Origin: Phyllobates terribilis | Taxonomy: Eukaryota | Length of the DNA: 64,000 nucleotides | Direction of reading: 5' to 3' | NCBI RefSeq assembly: GCF_046119375.1 | Contig: NW_027362764.1 | Span: 804,636,001 to 804,700,000, forward strand | Shown here: positions 25,081 to 37,724 of the stretch, piece by piece | How positions within the stretch are numbered: position 1 is the stretch's first letter | Layout of the letters: each line of letters opens with the position of its first letter | Made by a program: the position numbers and the translations under genes | The notes under the pieces: generated by a model | What the model was told of the DNA's origin: nothing | Databases searched by the model: none | What the model saw: the letters and a program-made list of their open reading frames with translations, nothing else

Positions 25081-26104
25081 ATGGAGGGAGCTCCCACCGC
25101 CAGTGCGGCTGCTGCCGCAGTAATGCCATTTACAATGCCTTACATCCCTGGAGCGGCCTGGCTGCCCCAATACTCAGGGGAGTCGCATACCCTAAGCGAC
25201 TTTAAAGACAAAACTGTACAGCCTACTTAAAGTGTACCCCCTGACAGAGGGACAAAAAGTAAGCAAATTGATAGGCAGGCTAACCGGCGCAGCCCAGCGT
25301 GAAGTAAAGTCCTGGTCAGTCAGGGACAAGGAGACCGTGAAGGAGATCTTAGCCCGTCTGAAGGACACTTTTGATACCCGTACCTCAGCAGAGATCAAAA
25401 TGAGATTTTATGGGTGCAAGCAACGGGCCCAAGACAGTATAAGAGACTATGCTTTGAATTTGCAAGAGGCCCTGGGAGCCATTAAACAGGCAGACCCTGA
25501 CAGTGTGCGGAATGCAGATGAACTGTTGACTGAGCAATTCATTGAGGGTCTGCTGTCCAACGCCCACCGAACCCAATTACGTGCAATGGCCTTGCAAAAC
25601 CCTGGGTTAGACTTTGCAAAGTTCAAAGACAGGGCCATCCGGGTGCTCCGAGAACCGGCACCGGGTAGCGCTGTAACCCACCGATGCCCTGCTATTACCT
25701 ATCACCAGGAGGCGGCGCCTTTGTCTGCAGAGTCTGTGGGAGCTGGTGCGCAGGCTTTGGATAAAGACCCGGCTGCAGACCGGCACCATCAGGTCCAAGA
25801 ACTGACCAAAAGCGTTGCCGCATTAACCAGGACTGTGCAGTCATTACAGGTAGCCTCTCCAGGAAGGATAAAGCTGGTCACCAGTCCGGAGGACGTTCCG
25901 TGGTGCCGACAGAGGAGGATCCCATCGTCCAGAGGAAGACTCAGCGACAGATACAACGAGGACGGACAACCCATCTGCTGCCACTGCAATCAACCCGGAC
26001 ATATGGCAAGGTACTGTCATTTAAACGGGCACAACCTGGGGCAGAGGGCCAATCCCCAGGCATTAGATCATCAGGCCCATCGAACTGGCATGATAAATAC
26101 GTAG
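25081..26104 (+). pseudogene. Gypsy gag with a +1 frameshift near 25213
   Basis: MEGAPT...WLPQYSGES joins ORF 25232-26104 if one A is removed from GACAAAACTG. CCHC knuckle CCHCNQPGHMARYC. Confidence 0.85.
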
Positions 26105-29100
26105 GGGGACGTCCAGTCTTGCCTGTGGTACTGGATGGCATTCCTATGAGTGCCCTACTAGACACCGGGTCACAGGTAACTACCATCCCTTATGTGCTCT
26201 TTAAGCGGTACTGGAATGACTCGGACATAACCCGCTACCCAGATGACGACCTGAGTATCATCGCCAGCAATGGTCAGCCCGTGCCGCAGGTGGGATTCAA
26301 AGAGGTGACCATTAAAATCGGTAAAGTTGAACTGGCGGCACAAGGACTGATTATTGTGGACATTGACCGTCGTGAGAGTCACCCTAAAATAACCTTGGGT
26401 ACTAACGTGATTGAAAATTGTCTTGCAGAGATAATTCTCATTTTACAGCAGGTTGCCAAGAACGCCAGTTCTGGCCAGCAGCGTGTCCTACAAAAGGAGA
26501 TCCGGGCACTGATGAAGCGGCAATAGGTGGAACTATCTGGTGGTGAGATTGGTAGCGTGAGAATGTGTGACCCGTTCCCTATTGCCATGCCCCCGAAAAG
26601 TGAGATGATGATATGGTGCCGGGCAGCTATTGGTCTAAGAGGTACAGACTACCAAGCAATGGTCGAACCCCTCTACTCAGACAGTAGGCCCACCATTTTG
26701 ACAGCACGGGGGGTGGTCGATGTACGCCATGGGAGGGTGCCCGTCCGCATCATAAATATCGGGGAGAGAGAAGTATACCTGCCCCGGTATGCCACGCTAG
26801 CCAAATTGTTCACCATAAACCAAAATTCTGTAAAGGCCGTAGAACCCTTGCCTCCGTCTCAACCAGAGGAAGGTAACGGCTCTAAGAAACCAATGGAAGA
26901 CTGGTGTCAGCAGCTGCATTTGGGTACTGACTCCACCCCCTCTCACCAAAAACAGGGAGTCTACCGGGTGGTTCAGGAGTACGAAAGAGTCTTTAGTAAA
27001 CACCCGCTAGACTTCGGGCGAGTAAAGGGGGTAGAGCATCACATCCCCACGGGAGACCATCCACCCATAAAGGAAAGATACCGACCTGTACCCCCTGCAC
27101 ACTATCAGCATGCAAAGGGGATGTTGCGAGACATGAAGGAGGCTGGGGTAATCAGGGACAGCTGTAGACCCTGGGCAGCTCCACTGGTTCTAGTGAAAAA
27201 AAAGGACAACACAATGAGAATGTGCGTAGACTACAGAAAGGTCAACCATATCACACACAAAGATGCGTACCCGTTACCTAGGATAGAAGAATCTTTAGCT
27301 GCATTAAAATCTGCTAACTTCTTCTCCACTTTGGATCTTACTAGCGGGTACTGGCAGGTTCCTGTAGCAGAGGCGGACAAGGAGAAGACTGCGTTGATCA
27401 CCCCGATAGGTCTCGGCGAATTAAACTGTATGCCGTTCGGGCTCTGCAACACACCAGGAACCTTCCAGCGGTTGATGGAATGCTGTCTGGGACACCGGAA
27501 TTTCGAGACAGTCCTGTTATACCTGGACGATGTCATCGTTTATTCCAAAACCTACGAGGACCATCTGAAACACCTGGCAGAGGTGTTTGACGCCCTGGCA
27601 AGCTACGGCCTAAAGGTGAAACCCTCCAAGTGTCATCTCCTGAAACCAAAGGTACAGTACCTGAGACACGTGGTGAGTGCCGACGGAGTGGCTCCCGACC
27701 CCGATAAGATCACCGTGATTAAGGACTGGCCAAGACCCTCCAACATAAAGGAAGTGCGGCAGTTCCTCGGGGTGGTAGGCTACTACCGAAGATTCATTCC
27801 TGGTTTCACCAAAATGGCAGCTCCTATGCAGGACCTCCTGATAGGTCAATCCAGGAAGGCCAAACACCAGAAGCCACCCTTCAGGTGGGAAAAGCTGGAA
27901 GAGGAGTCCTTCCGTCAGCTGAAGATGGCCCTCACGGGGGATGAAATCCTGGCGTACCCTGGCTACAGCCAGCCCTTTATCCTCCACACGGACGCGAGCA
28001 ACATCGGGCTAGGAGCCATACTGTCCCAGATCCAGCAGGGGAGAGAACGGGTAATCGCTTACGCCAGCCGAAAACTACAGCCCACAGAGAGAAACCCTGA
28101 GAATTATAGCTCATTCAAGCTAGAGTTCCTGGCAGTGGTGTGGGCAGTGACGGAACGTTTCAAGCATTACCTTGCCTCCTCCAAGTTCACCGTGTACACG
28201 GACAACAACCCATTGACACATCTGGACACTGCAAAACTTGGTGCCCTGGAGCAGAGATGGATGGCCCGCCTGTCCAACTATGAATTCACCATCAAATACC
28301 AGGCGGGACGCTCAAATGCCAACGCAGACGCCCTGTCCAGGATGCCGAACTTACCAGACGGGGGGAAAGATCCAGAGGAACTGGAAGAGATCGAACTCCC
28401 TGCGTTCCACCGTCATGGGATTACCCAGTATTCCCACCGTGTAAGGGACAGGCACTCTGCTACGTTCAATCCCTTACCCCACTACAGCTGGACAGAGACT
28501 CAAGACAGTGACCCCGCAGTCCGTCTGGTGAAGGAAATGCTGACACAGGCTGATGCCCGCCTTGACCCAGACGCCCCGGAGGAGACCAAACAGCTGTGGA
28601 AGGAGAAGAGTAAACTGTTTCTCTACAAGGGGAAGCTGTGCCGGAGAACTGTCAACTCCCGGACACATGAGCTGACCTGGCAGGTAGTGGTACCGAGACG
28701 GGACGCGGCTATGGTCCTGGAGGCATACCACGACGGAGCAGGGCACTTCGGAAGGAAGAAGCTGGAGTTCCTGTTGCGTGACCGGTTCTTCTGGGTAGAC
28801 ATGAGAGGGGCCATTGAGAGATGGTGCAGAGACTGCGGCCCATGCAACCTGAGGAGGAAGGACCGTGCCAGCCAGAAGACCCCCCTGCAGCCCATCATCA
28901 TGAAGCAACCACTAGAACTGGTAGCCCTGGACCATGTGAAGCTGGCTCCGAGTAGGTCCGGGTATGTCTACGCCCTCACCATCGTAGACCACTACTCCCG
29001 GTTCCTGGTGGAGGTCCCTGTCAAGGACTTAACGGCTCAAACAGCAGCTAGAGCCTTCCAGCAGCACTTCTGCTGTCCACACGGGTATCCGGAGCAAGTG

Positions 29101-30156
29101 TTGACTGACCAAGGTCCAGCCTTCGAAGCGGAGGTCTTCCAGGAGTTCTGCAACTTGTATGGCTGCAAGAAGATAAGGACAACGCCTTACCACCCCCAAA
29201 CCAATGGGCTGTGTGAGAAAATGAACAATATCGTCATTGATCTCCTCAAGACGTTGCCCCTGGAAGAACGCAGCCTGTTGCCGGAGAAGCTGCCAGACCT
29301 TATTGCCTTGTATAACCATATCCCAGTAAATTCCACCAACTGCACCCCGGCTTACCTAATGAGAGCAAAGCCTGGTAAGCTGCCAATTGACCTGGAGATG
29401 GGAGTCCAGACACCCGAGGACACCTCACCAGAAGCAGACTGGGACACGGAACGGCAGCAGCAGTACCGGAAAGTACAGGAGACTGTGGAGCGAAGTCTGT
29501 CTCAAGCAAGAGGAAGACAAGAGAGGACTTATAACCAACATGCTCCCGCTGTTCCCCTGGCACCTGGTGAGCAGGTCTTGAAGAGGAAGAGACGGCTCCA
29601 CAAGTTGGATGACCAGTGGGAGAAGGACCCGTACACCGTACTGCCCTCAAGCCATGAAAACCCAAAAGTATGTGTCATCAGTAAGGATGGAGGAGAGACC
29701 ACAGCCACTGTCTCCAGAGACCACCTGAAGAAGTGTCCCGAGCAGCTACAAGGTGCTGAAGAAGACCAGGATATCCTTCAACCCGCAGAGGAAAAGGAAG
29801 AAATGATCAGTACACTACTTGGAGACTTTCCCCGGTCCTGGACTCAAATCAACAACGCAGTCGTGGTACCCGTCCTCACCTTTCTCCAGCCAGCCCCTCA
29901 AGGGCCTACAGAAGAACAGGTAGTGTCAGAAGAGCAGCCAGCCCAGGAGGCAGAAGGATCCATACAAGCAGCCCAGGAGAATCAACCCTCTGCTAGTAGT
30001 GAGCCTGTCGTGCCCCTAGTAAGCCAAAGAGTACGCAGGAAGCTGCCAGGCCTACCCGCAACACCTCCTACACCCTGTAGTGCAGAGCCAGATAGTGGGT
30101 TACGTAGGTCCACCAGGAGCACTAGAGGACAGATGCCCACTCGCTGGAGAATCTAA
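26020..30156 (+). pseudogene. Gypsy pol (PR-RT-RNaseH-IN) with one in-frame stop at 26524-26526
   Basis: Protease LLDTGSQ, RT YLDDVI, RNase H HTDAS, integrase HHCC (HDGAGHFG...CRDCGPC) and DDE core (VALD, LTDQG, GLCEKMN). Confidence 0.95.
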
Positions 30157-32509
30157 TGCCAAGTATATATCTACCTGTACATACGTAAAAGTTGAAAATG
30201 TTTGATGTTTTTGTTACTTGGTTATTAATTATGTCTTTCTAGTTTTCCTAGTTCATGGACTGACAGGTTATGGACGCTGAATAACCGGAACTACATTGTA
30301 AAGAGTTGCACTTGGTGCCTCTTGCCAAGACTGCCACGGAAGAAAAACCTGTCTGGCGTGGCCCCGTGTGGTCCAAAGTAGTTCGCTTCACCTTGCAGCC
30401 ACGCCCAGGGCCAACGTTTGGGGTTTACTTTGGACAGGTCCCCTACTCTGTTCTAAGACTTCACCTTGGGTGATATGGACACCCGGTTACGGAAATGCCG
30501 TGACCATCAAGACAAAATGTACTTTTTCCTGTTATTGTTTATACCCTGTTATATTATGTTTCAAAAATGTGTTTAGTCCCGGAGTACTAAAATTCACTAG
30601 GGGGGAATGTGGCACCCCAGGGGTCTGGTTGCCACAGTCATAGAAATATCACGTCGGAGAGCAAGTGGGAGGTTCCCTGGTCAGGAGCCCTTGAACATGC
30701 AACACCTCCTGTCCCAGACCAGAGAGGGGAGGAATCTGCCCTATATAAACTGGATCTGGGGCGGGGTTAGAGTAGAGAAAGCAGAGGGAGAGTGAAGCAC
30801 ATGCAGACACAGGAAAAGCAACATCTAGGAGCTCTGTAGGAGCAGGAGCTGAGTGCCAGGGACTGGAAGCAGATATTGCTCGTCCTGGCTGAAGACACTA
30901 CGACCGGACAACGGAGTCCGAGGCTGTGAGGACTTATATATCCAGCAGCAGAAACCAGCCGGCAGGGGATTTCAGGTCCTCTGGCCATAGGAAGCCCGGA
31001 GGCTCAGTCACACACAAGGGACCGGTACCGCCAGCGAGGAGCGGAAGCTACCAGAGGGTCCAAGTCACCAGCCATACGGGTGAGCACCACACGGTATACT
31101 CAGGGACGTGGGCTACTTCCACTCGCTTACAGCAAGGTAGCCAGGAAGAGTGCAGTCAGACGGGGAGGCCTACAACTCCACCTGGCCAGGGGAACTCCTG
31201 TTTGTTCACAGACTGACCAGGCCCCTTAACCAACACACGTACATACACGGCCCAGGGGGCGTGTCATATACACTTTCTGATTTTGTCTATTTGCTCTTGT
31301 CCTCCTCCTTCTCCTCATCCTCCTCGATATCACTACCATATCTACTATATCACCATATCTACATCTCTTGCAAGGGGCATTGGAGTGCCTCCAATTTGTT
31401 TGCTGCCATTGCATTCACTGCACAGGCAAACAGTTTGGGAGACCCACTTCCTAATAATGGGAACATTTTTTTATGAGGCCCTCCTCTACATCTCTTGCAA
31501 GGGGCATTGGAGTACCTGCAAATTTTTGGCAGCCATTGCAGTCACTGCATATGCAAGAACAGTATGGGAGACCCACTCCTTTCTAATGGGAACATGTCAT
31601 ACTCGTTACTGTGGCCCTGCTCTATGTGTCTTTAAATTGTTATTGTTTTTTTTTTACAAATTTTGGCAGTTGTTGCACTCACTGCATACCCCATAACTGT
31701 ATATCAGACCCGTTCCTTTCTAATGGGAACATGTCGTACTCGTTACTGAGGCCCACCTTTTATGTGTATTTAAATTAGTATTGGGGTTTTCCCAAAATTT
31801 TGGCAGCCCTTGCAGTCACTGCATACGCAATAACAGTATAGGAGACCCACTAGTTAATAATTGGAACAACAAAGCATAGCCGGCTGATGGCTCTCTAACC
31901 ATAGGCTTTGTCACTTTCAGATTCCCTCCTTCGTAAATGAAACAGGAATCGGGATGCGTCAAACACCACATGGCCAGGTTGCAAAATGTTAAAATGACAT
32001 TTACCGTTGAATGTATTTTTCACTTTTGAAATCAATCCAAAAGTGCAAAAACGCATCAAAAACGCTATGTGTGAACATAGCCCAAAGTGTGGAGGAGCAT
32101 TTTTGGTTTTGGTTATTTATTTTGCCTTATATACAAGTCATTACCCTGGAAAGGATGTTCCTTAACATTTTTCCCAGGAAAATCCATTTTGGTTTAGTTT
32201 TTGTATGTTTTATTGTGAGTCCGTAAAAGTGGCGTAATACTCTGACAACGTTGTTGACAGCAGTGATCTGCGAGTCAGAGATGCTTCCAGGGGTCTTCCT
32301 CATTCTGTCCCCATGTCATTTGAGCACTGTTCCCATCAATTAGGGCAATTTTTAGGCCCTCTGCAGACCGCCGGTGGGAGCCGCCGGAAAAATGCTCGAG
32401 TTTCCCATAGACTTACATTGGGCTCATTACTCGGGTCGAGCACACGAGTATTCCAATGTGTTCGACCCGAGCATCGAGCACCCGAGCATTTTAGTGCTCA
32501 CTCATCACT

Positions 32510-32800
32510 AGTGAAGAGGTCTGCAGACTTGTCCATCTGTGGTTCCCTACAGTTAGTTGGATACTTGTGATGAGGGAAATAAGGGTAATTGGGGTGCCAC
32601 CTCTGAGGACTGTGCTGTGTGTGATGTTGAGGTTGAGGAAGAAGAGGAGAGTCCACTTGATGCAGCGTTTGCCATCCACTGGAGCACCTGCTCTTTCCGG
32701 CCCTTATCTACAAGGCATATCGCTGTGCGAATGCCAAAGAAAGGGAGTGGAGTTGCCCGTCCAGTAACAGAAGTTGTCAGTTGTCTTTGAATAGTCTTAC
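32510..32800 (-). pseudogene. Possible N-terminal fragment of a third hAT transposase
   Basis: Manual minus-strand translation gives ...KEQVLQWMANAASSGLSSSSTST..., resembling QKVVGWIADNASSHLATTTTTLSST in copy 2. Confidence 0.4.
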
Positions 32801-32816
32801 CACCTACCCCACGTAT

Positions 32817-34730
32817 AGGGCCGCCATCAGGGCATTACTGCCCTTACTGGCGTATGGGACCCGGTGAGCAGAGGGGCCCGGATGGGGCCCCCTGTCTGCT
32901 CACCGCGCCCCAGAGAACTGAATTTGCATTTTCCGGCGCAGGTTCACTTTAAATCTATTGCCGTGAGGGAAACTTCCAGCACGGCAATAGTTAACAGCCG
33001 CCAGCCAATCACAGGCCTGCAGCTGATATCATTGTGCACATCGCTGGCGTATGACGTCAGTGCCAGCCTGTGATTGGCTGGTATCCGCGCTTCAAGTCAA
33101 CGAAGGAGTATCGCCACTACACCGGCGCCAAGGTAAGAAGAAACTTTTTTTTTTTTGAGACAAGGGGGCAGAATGGGAGATGAGACTTGGGGGCAGAATG
33201 GAGAGATATGAGGGCAGGATGAAGACATGTGGGGTCCAGAATGGAGTGCATATGGGAGCAGGCTGTGGGACATTATTACTGTAGGGGCTAATTAAAGTAT
33301 ATTATTACTGCTGTGATGAATTTTATTTTTGAGGATACTGTTTTCAGTGGGGAGGGGGTCCTTTTACTTTGCAGGGCGACACTATGTCACTTTTTTTCTT
33401 CATCTGGTGTTGTGTAGAAGTTGGAGAAAATTTGGGGCATGTGCTCTGGAAGTTGCTCTAGATAACTGTGTTATTTTCTGCAGACACGAGTCCTGGCTGG
33501 AAGAAGTGATGGCAGTCTGTGCTGGATGAAGGAGAAAAGCAAAGGTGAAGGACTTCAACTAGAGACGTCACCGGTGAGTCGGTGTGTTATTTGTACACTG
33601 ACACTATACGCTATATACTATACACAGGGCTCCTGTGTATAATGTCACTGGTGATCCCTGTATTACCTGTACACTGACACTATATACAGAGCTCCTGTGT
33701 ATAATGTCACTGGTGATCCCTGTATTACCTGTACACTGACACTATATACAGAGCTCCTGTGTATAATGTCACTGGTGATCACTGTATTACCTGTACACTG
33801 ACACTATATACAGAGCTCCTGTGCATAATGTTACTGGTGATCACTGTATTACCTGTACACTGACAATATATACAGAGCTCCTGTGTATAATGTCACTGGT
33901 GATCACTGTACTACCTGTACACTGACACTATATACAGAGCTCCTGTGTATAATGTTACTGGTGATCACTGTATTACCTGTACACTGACAATATATACAGA
34001 GCTCCTGTGTATAATGTTACTGGTGATCACTGTATTACCTGTACACTGACAGTATATACAGAGCTCCTGTGTATAATGTTACTGGTGATCACTGTATTAT
34101 CTTTACACTGACACTATATACAGAGCTCCTGTGTATAATGTCACTGGTGATCCCTGTATTACCTGTACACTGACACTATATACAGAGCTCCTGTGTGTAA
34201 TGTCAGTAGTGATCACTGTACTACCTGTACACTGACACTATATACAGAGCTCCTGTGTATAATGTCACTGGTGATCACTGTATTACCTGTACACTGTACA
34301 CTATATACAGAGCTCCTGTGTATAATGTCACTGGTGATCACTGTATTATCTGTACACTATACACTATATACAGAGCTCCTGTGTATAATGTCAGTAGTGA
34401 TCACTGTATTACCTGTACACTGACACTATATACAGAGCTCACACTTACACTATACACTGTATACTATGTACAGAGCTCCTGTGTATAATGGCACTTATGG
34501 TAATATTAGTATTGTGTTTTTTTATTAATGATCAGTATTGTAGTAGTCAGTCACTATGTGATGGTAATATGTGGTCTGGTCATGGTGTGACTATATTTGT
34601 CCCTTGTATGTGGTATTATTTGGTCACTATGTGGTGGTAATATGTGGTCTGGTCGGTCATGGTGTGGTGATATTTGTTCCTTGTATGTGACATTATTCAG
34701 TCACTATGTGGTGGTAATATGTATGTATGT
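32817..34730 (+). mobile_element. Probable non-autonomous DNA element (hAT-like left end) carrying a satellite
   Basis: Starts AGGGCCGCCATCAGG, has GC-rich subterminal sequence and internal tandem repeats. No right end was found before the Penelope element. Confidence 0.4.
33580..34490. repeat. 62-bp minisatellite, about 14 copies
   Basis: TCCTGTGTATAATGTCACTGGTGATCACTGTATTACCTGTACACTGACACTATATACAGAGC, period 62 (33631 to 33693). Confidence 0.95.
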
Positions 34731-34829
34731 GACACATTCCCTTAAAGAAAAATATATCTGAAAAGAGTATTGGGTATTATAAGAAATGTTTAATAGGTTA
34801 GAGTAGAGTAGGGCCCTGCCAGAAGAGTC

Positions 34830-36690
34830 TGCCTTGTCTAGGTTCCGGCTTAAAAAATATTTTGACCAAAACAAAAGCTGCAGCTATGTATGTGATATGG
34901 TGTTCGGTGGGAACTATGTAAAACTTCCTTCTGATCCGACCATTGTGTTTCAGAAAAAATTGAACAACTTGATTATGGAGGCCTTTCAGAACGGAGTGAT
35001 TGATAAGAATGAAAAAGATTTCCTGTCAACATCCCATCCAGTTGTACCAACTTTCTATCTTGTACCAAAGGTGCTCAAATCACTAATTAACCCTCCTGGT
35101 AGACCTATAGTTGCAGGAATCGGCAGTCTAAATGAACGTCCATGTGAGTTTGTTGCTTTTTTCCTACAGCCACTGGTAACGAGTTTGAAATCTTATGAAC
35201 GTGATACTGTACATTTATTAGAGATTCTTGAAGTTTTGAGAGTACCAACAAGTGTGCTATTGGTTTCATGGGATGTAGAATCCCTCTATACTTGTATTGA
35301 CCATGACCTGGGTCTTGACGCTGTTTCTACCTCCCTGGAAAAAAATCTCGGAGGTAAAACCACACATAACAAGTTCCTCCTAGACCTACTGGCCTTTACA
35401 CTTAGACAGAATTATTTTGTCTTTGACCGGACCTTCTACAGGCAGATCACCGGAGGGGCGATGGGTGCGCGTTGTGCGCCCTCCTTTGCCAACCTATTTA
35501 TATTGGTGGGAGGAAACACACGTGTACCCGTCCTGTCGGTTCTGTGAGTCTGTCTGTGGCTGGTTCCGGTACATAGACGATATTCTGTTTCTGTGGATTG
35601 GGTCAGAAGAGACCTGTCAGGAATTTATCAGTGAATTGAATACTAATCTGTTCAATATACGTCTCACCTGGCAGAAATGTGATGGAATTTTTAGATGTCA
35701 AATTGACTCGAAGTGGGGACCAGAGCCACGCAAATCTGCATCGTAAGACGACTGCGACGAACAGTCTGTTGCATTTTAATAGTTTCCACCCACAACAGCT
35801 TAAGGACAGTATCCCGGTGGGACAGTTTCTGAGGGTTACGCAAAATTGTAGTTTGAATTCGGGTTTTATCTCACAGATATCTCGCAGATTTGACTGAACG
35901 TTTTCGCACCCGTGGTTATCCTAAGAGAGTCATCAGCAAAGCATTCAACACAGCAAATCTACAGGACAGGAGGGACTTACTGAAACCAAAAAACAAGCAA
36001 AATGGTAATAAGGATAAAATTTGGGTCATTACCACGTATAATAATCAGTGGCATGACATTAGGTTTCTATTAAACAAGAACTGGAGCATGCTATCTTCTG
36101 ATCGTAAGCTCCAATGCATTGTTCCCCACAGAACGCTACTAACTGCGAGAAGAGGCAGAAATCTACGCGACAATCTAACAAGAAGTCACAAGACCTTCTA
36201 CGAGAACGGAAACAGGTACGTCTCTTCACGGATCCTTTCCTTGTGGAAACTGTTCAATCTGCCAGTAACAAGTATCTTTGTCGAACAGGCCAAAAATAAA
36301 GAATATGTCTTAAAGAACTACATCAATTGCCGTACAACCAACGTGGTATATGTCCTTACATGCCCTTGTGGAAAGAACTACGTGTGACAAGCGTCGCAAG
36401 AACTACACAAAAGGATACAGCACCATTTTTCAGATATTGCTTTGGCAGAAAAATACCGAAAGAAAGGAAAGATCATCTCTACTGTCGCCGAACACTATTT
36501 GGCGTGTCATAACAGTCGACTGTCAGGCACAAGGATTGTAGGACTGGAAAGGGTCATTCAAAATATCAGAGGGGACAATGTATCACACCCATTACTACAA
36601 AGTGAATCGCGCTGGATTTTTAAATTGAACAGCATAGCACCAAATGGGATAAATGAAAATCTCCTATTTACAGGGTTTTATAAACGATAG
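34830..36690 (+). pseudogene. Penelope-like retroelement RT and GIY-YIG endonuclease, disrupted
   Basis: PTFYLVPKV..GRPIV, SWDVESLYT, GAMGARCAP, FRYIDDI, then NVVYVLTCPCGKNYV*, VAEH..CH, and ESRWIFKLNSIAPNGINE. Several frameshifts and stops. Confidence 0.92.
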
Positions 36691-37569
36691 GTAATCTTTG
36701 GATGTATGTATACGCACCCTTTATCTTGGTATTTTGGCAGTACCCCTGTCTCTGTAGATATTTGTCGCCAGGCTTTTTTACAATTCATGCATCCGTGGCA
36801 TATGTGCAGACTACGCCATTCTTCAGTCTCTGTACATGATGGTATTTTTCTTTCTTTTATTTCTCTGCATCTCTTCTAGTACATTTTTACGTCTTTATTA
36901 TCTATCTGGATTGTATACTACAATTCAGTAGCTCTTTATAATATGTTATGGCCATAACATTTTGTTACTCAGTCTATGTTTTCCAATCTCCACAGTTCAG
37001 TGGGGCGAGAGAACATTTTATATTTCTCAAATTTCTGAATATTTCTTGTGCATTTTACATGTTCAGGAGATCTGCTGGCTCCATTATGGGTTTCTATGGC
37101 TCTGTTTCTACAGAAATACCCTTGTTGTACAGTACAATCTTATATGATCTAAGTAGCCCTATTCTTTACCTTAAGTTGGCTAAACTCACTGTGACCAGTG
37201 GATTTCTACTGAATTGCGCCGCTATCTCTAAATAATATGCATTTATTTAACCAGGAACAAATATTCCTTGGACACTTTTTTATGTGTCTGGGCTCCCAGG
37301 GGTGTGTTTATATGTATTACACGCTTCTTGTTTCTGAGCTCAGAGACAAAAGTTGCGGGAACAAATATTCCCCGGATGTGTCTTGATTCCCAGGGGTGTG
37401 CTCATACGCGTTGCACACTTCTAGTCTCTGAGCCCAGGGACAAATTCTGAAGTAACAATTGCGGCAGCAGTCAGGATGCAGTGACAGTGATTGCCCATAG
37501 GGGGGGAGTTGTGTGTTGATTAACACACCATGTGATCTGAATTTTTCATTTATTATTTAATCACATATG

Positions 37570-37645
37570 GTATAAATACCATGACTGGTATAACGTCGGG
37601 CTCATACCCCTGAGGAAGCCTGAAAAGGCGTAACGTGTGCGGTTT
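37570..37645 (+). ncRNA. Degenerate type I hammerhead ribozyme in the Penelope 3' pseudo-LTR
   Basis: TATAAATA, then CTGAGGA (37610-37616), hairpin GCCT-GAAA-AGGC, GTAA (canonical GAAA) and CGTGT. Confidence 0.55.
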
Positions 37646-37724
37646 CCCTTTTGTATCTTCAGGTTTCCACTCTTTTCTATTCACAGGTTGCTAAAATGCC
37701 AGTTTATTCCATATATCTCTAGAC

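Larger units (their letters stand above)
23664..31266 (+). mobile_element. Near full-length Gypsy LTR retrotransposon (7.6 kb)
   Basis: 5' LTR 23664-24651 and 3' LTR 30608-31266 (TG...CA). PBS at 24658-24676, PPT AGGGGGGAA at about 30599-30607, 4-bp TSD CATA/TATA, and gag-pol in between. Confidence 0.96.
20140..32509 (+). mobile_element. Large decayed Ac/ZBED-like hAT element (copy 2), interrupted by Gypsy
   Basis: Transposase remnants at 21061-23582 and repetitive subterminal regions. The right terminus ...GTGCTCACTCATCACTA is at 32509. The left TIR was not seen. Confidence 0.65.
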
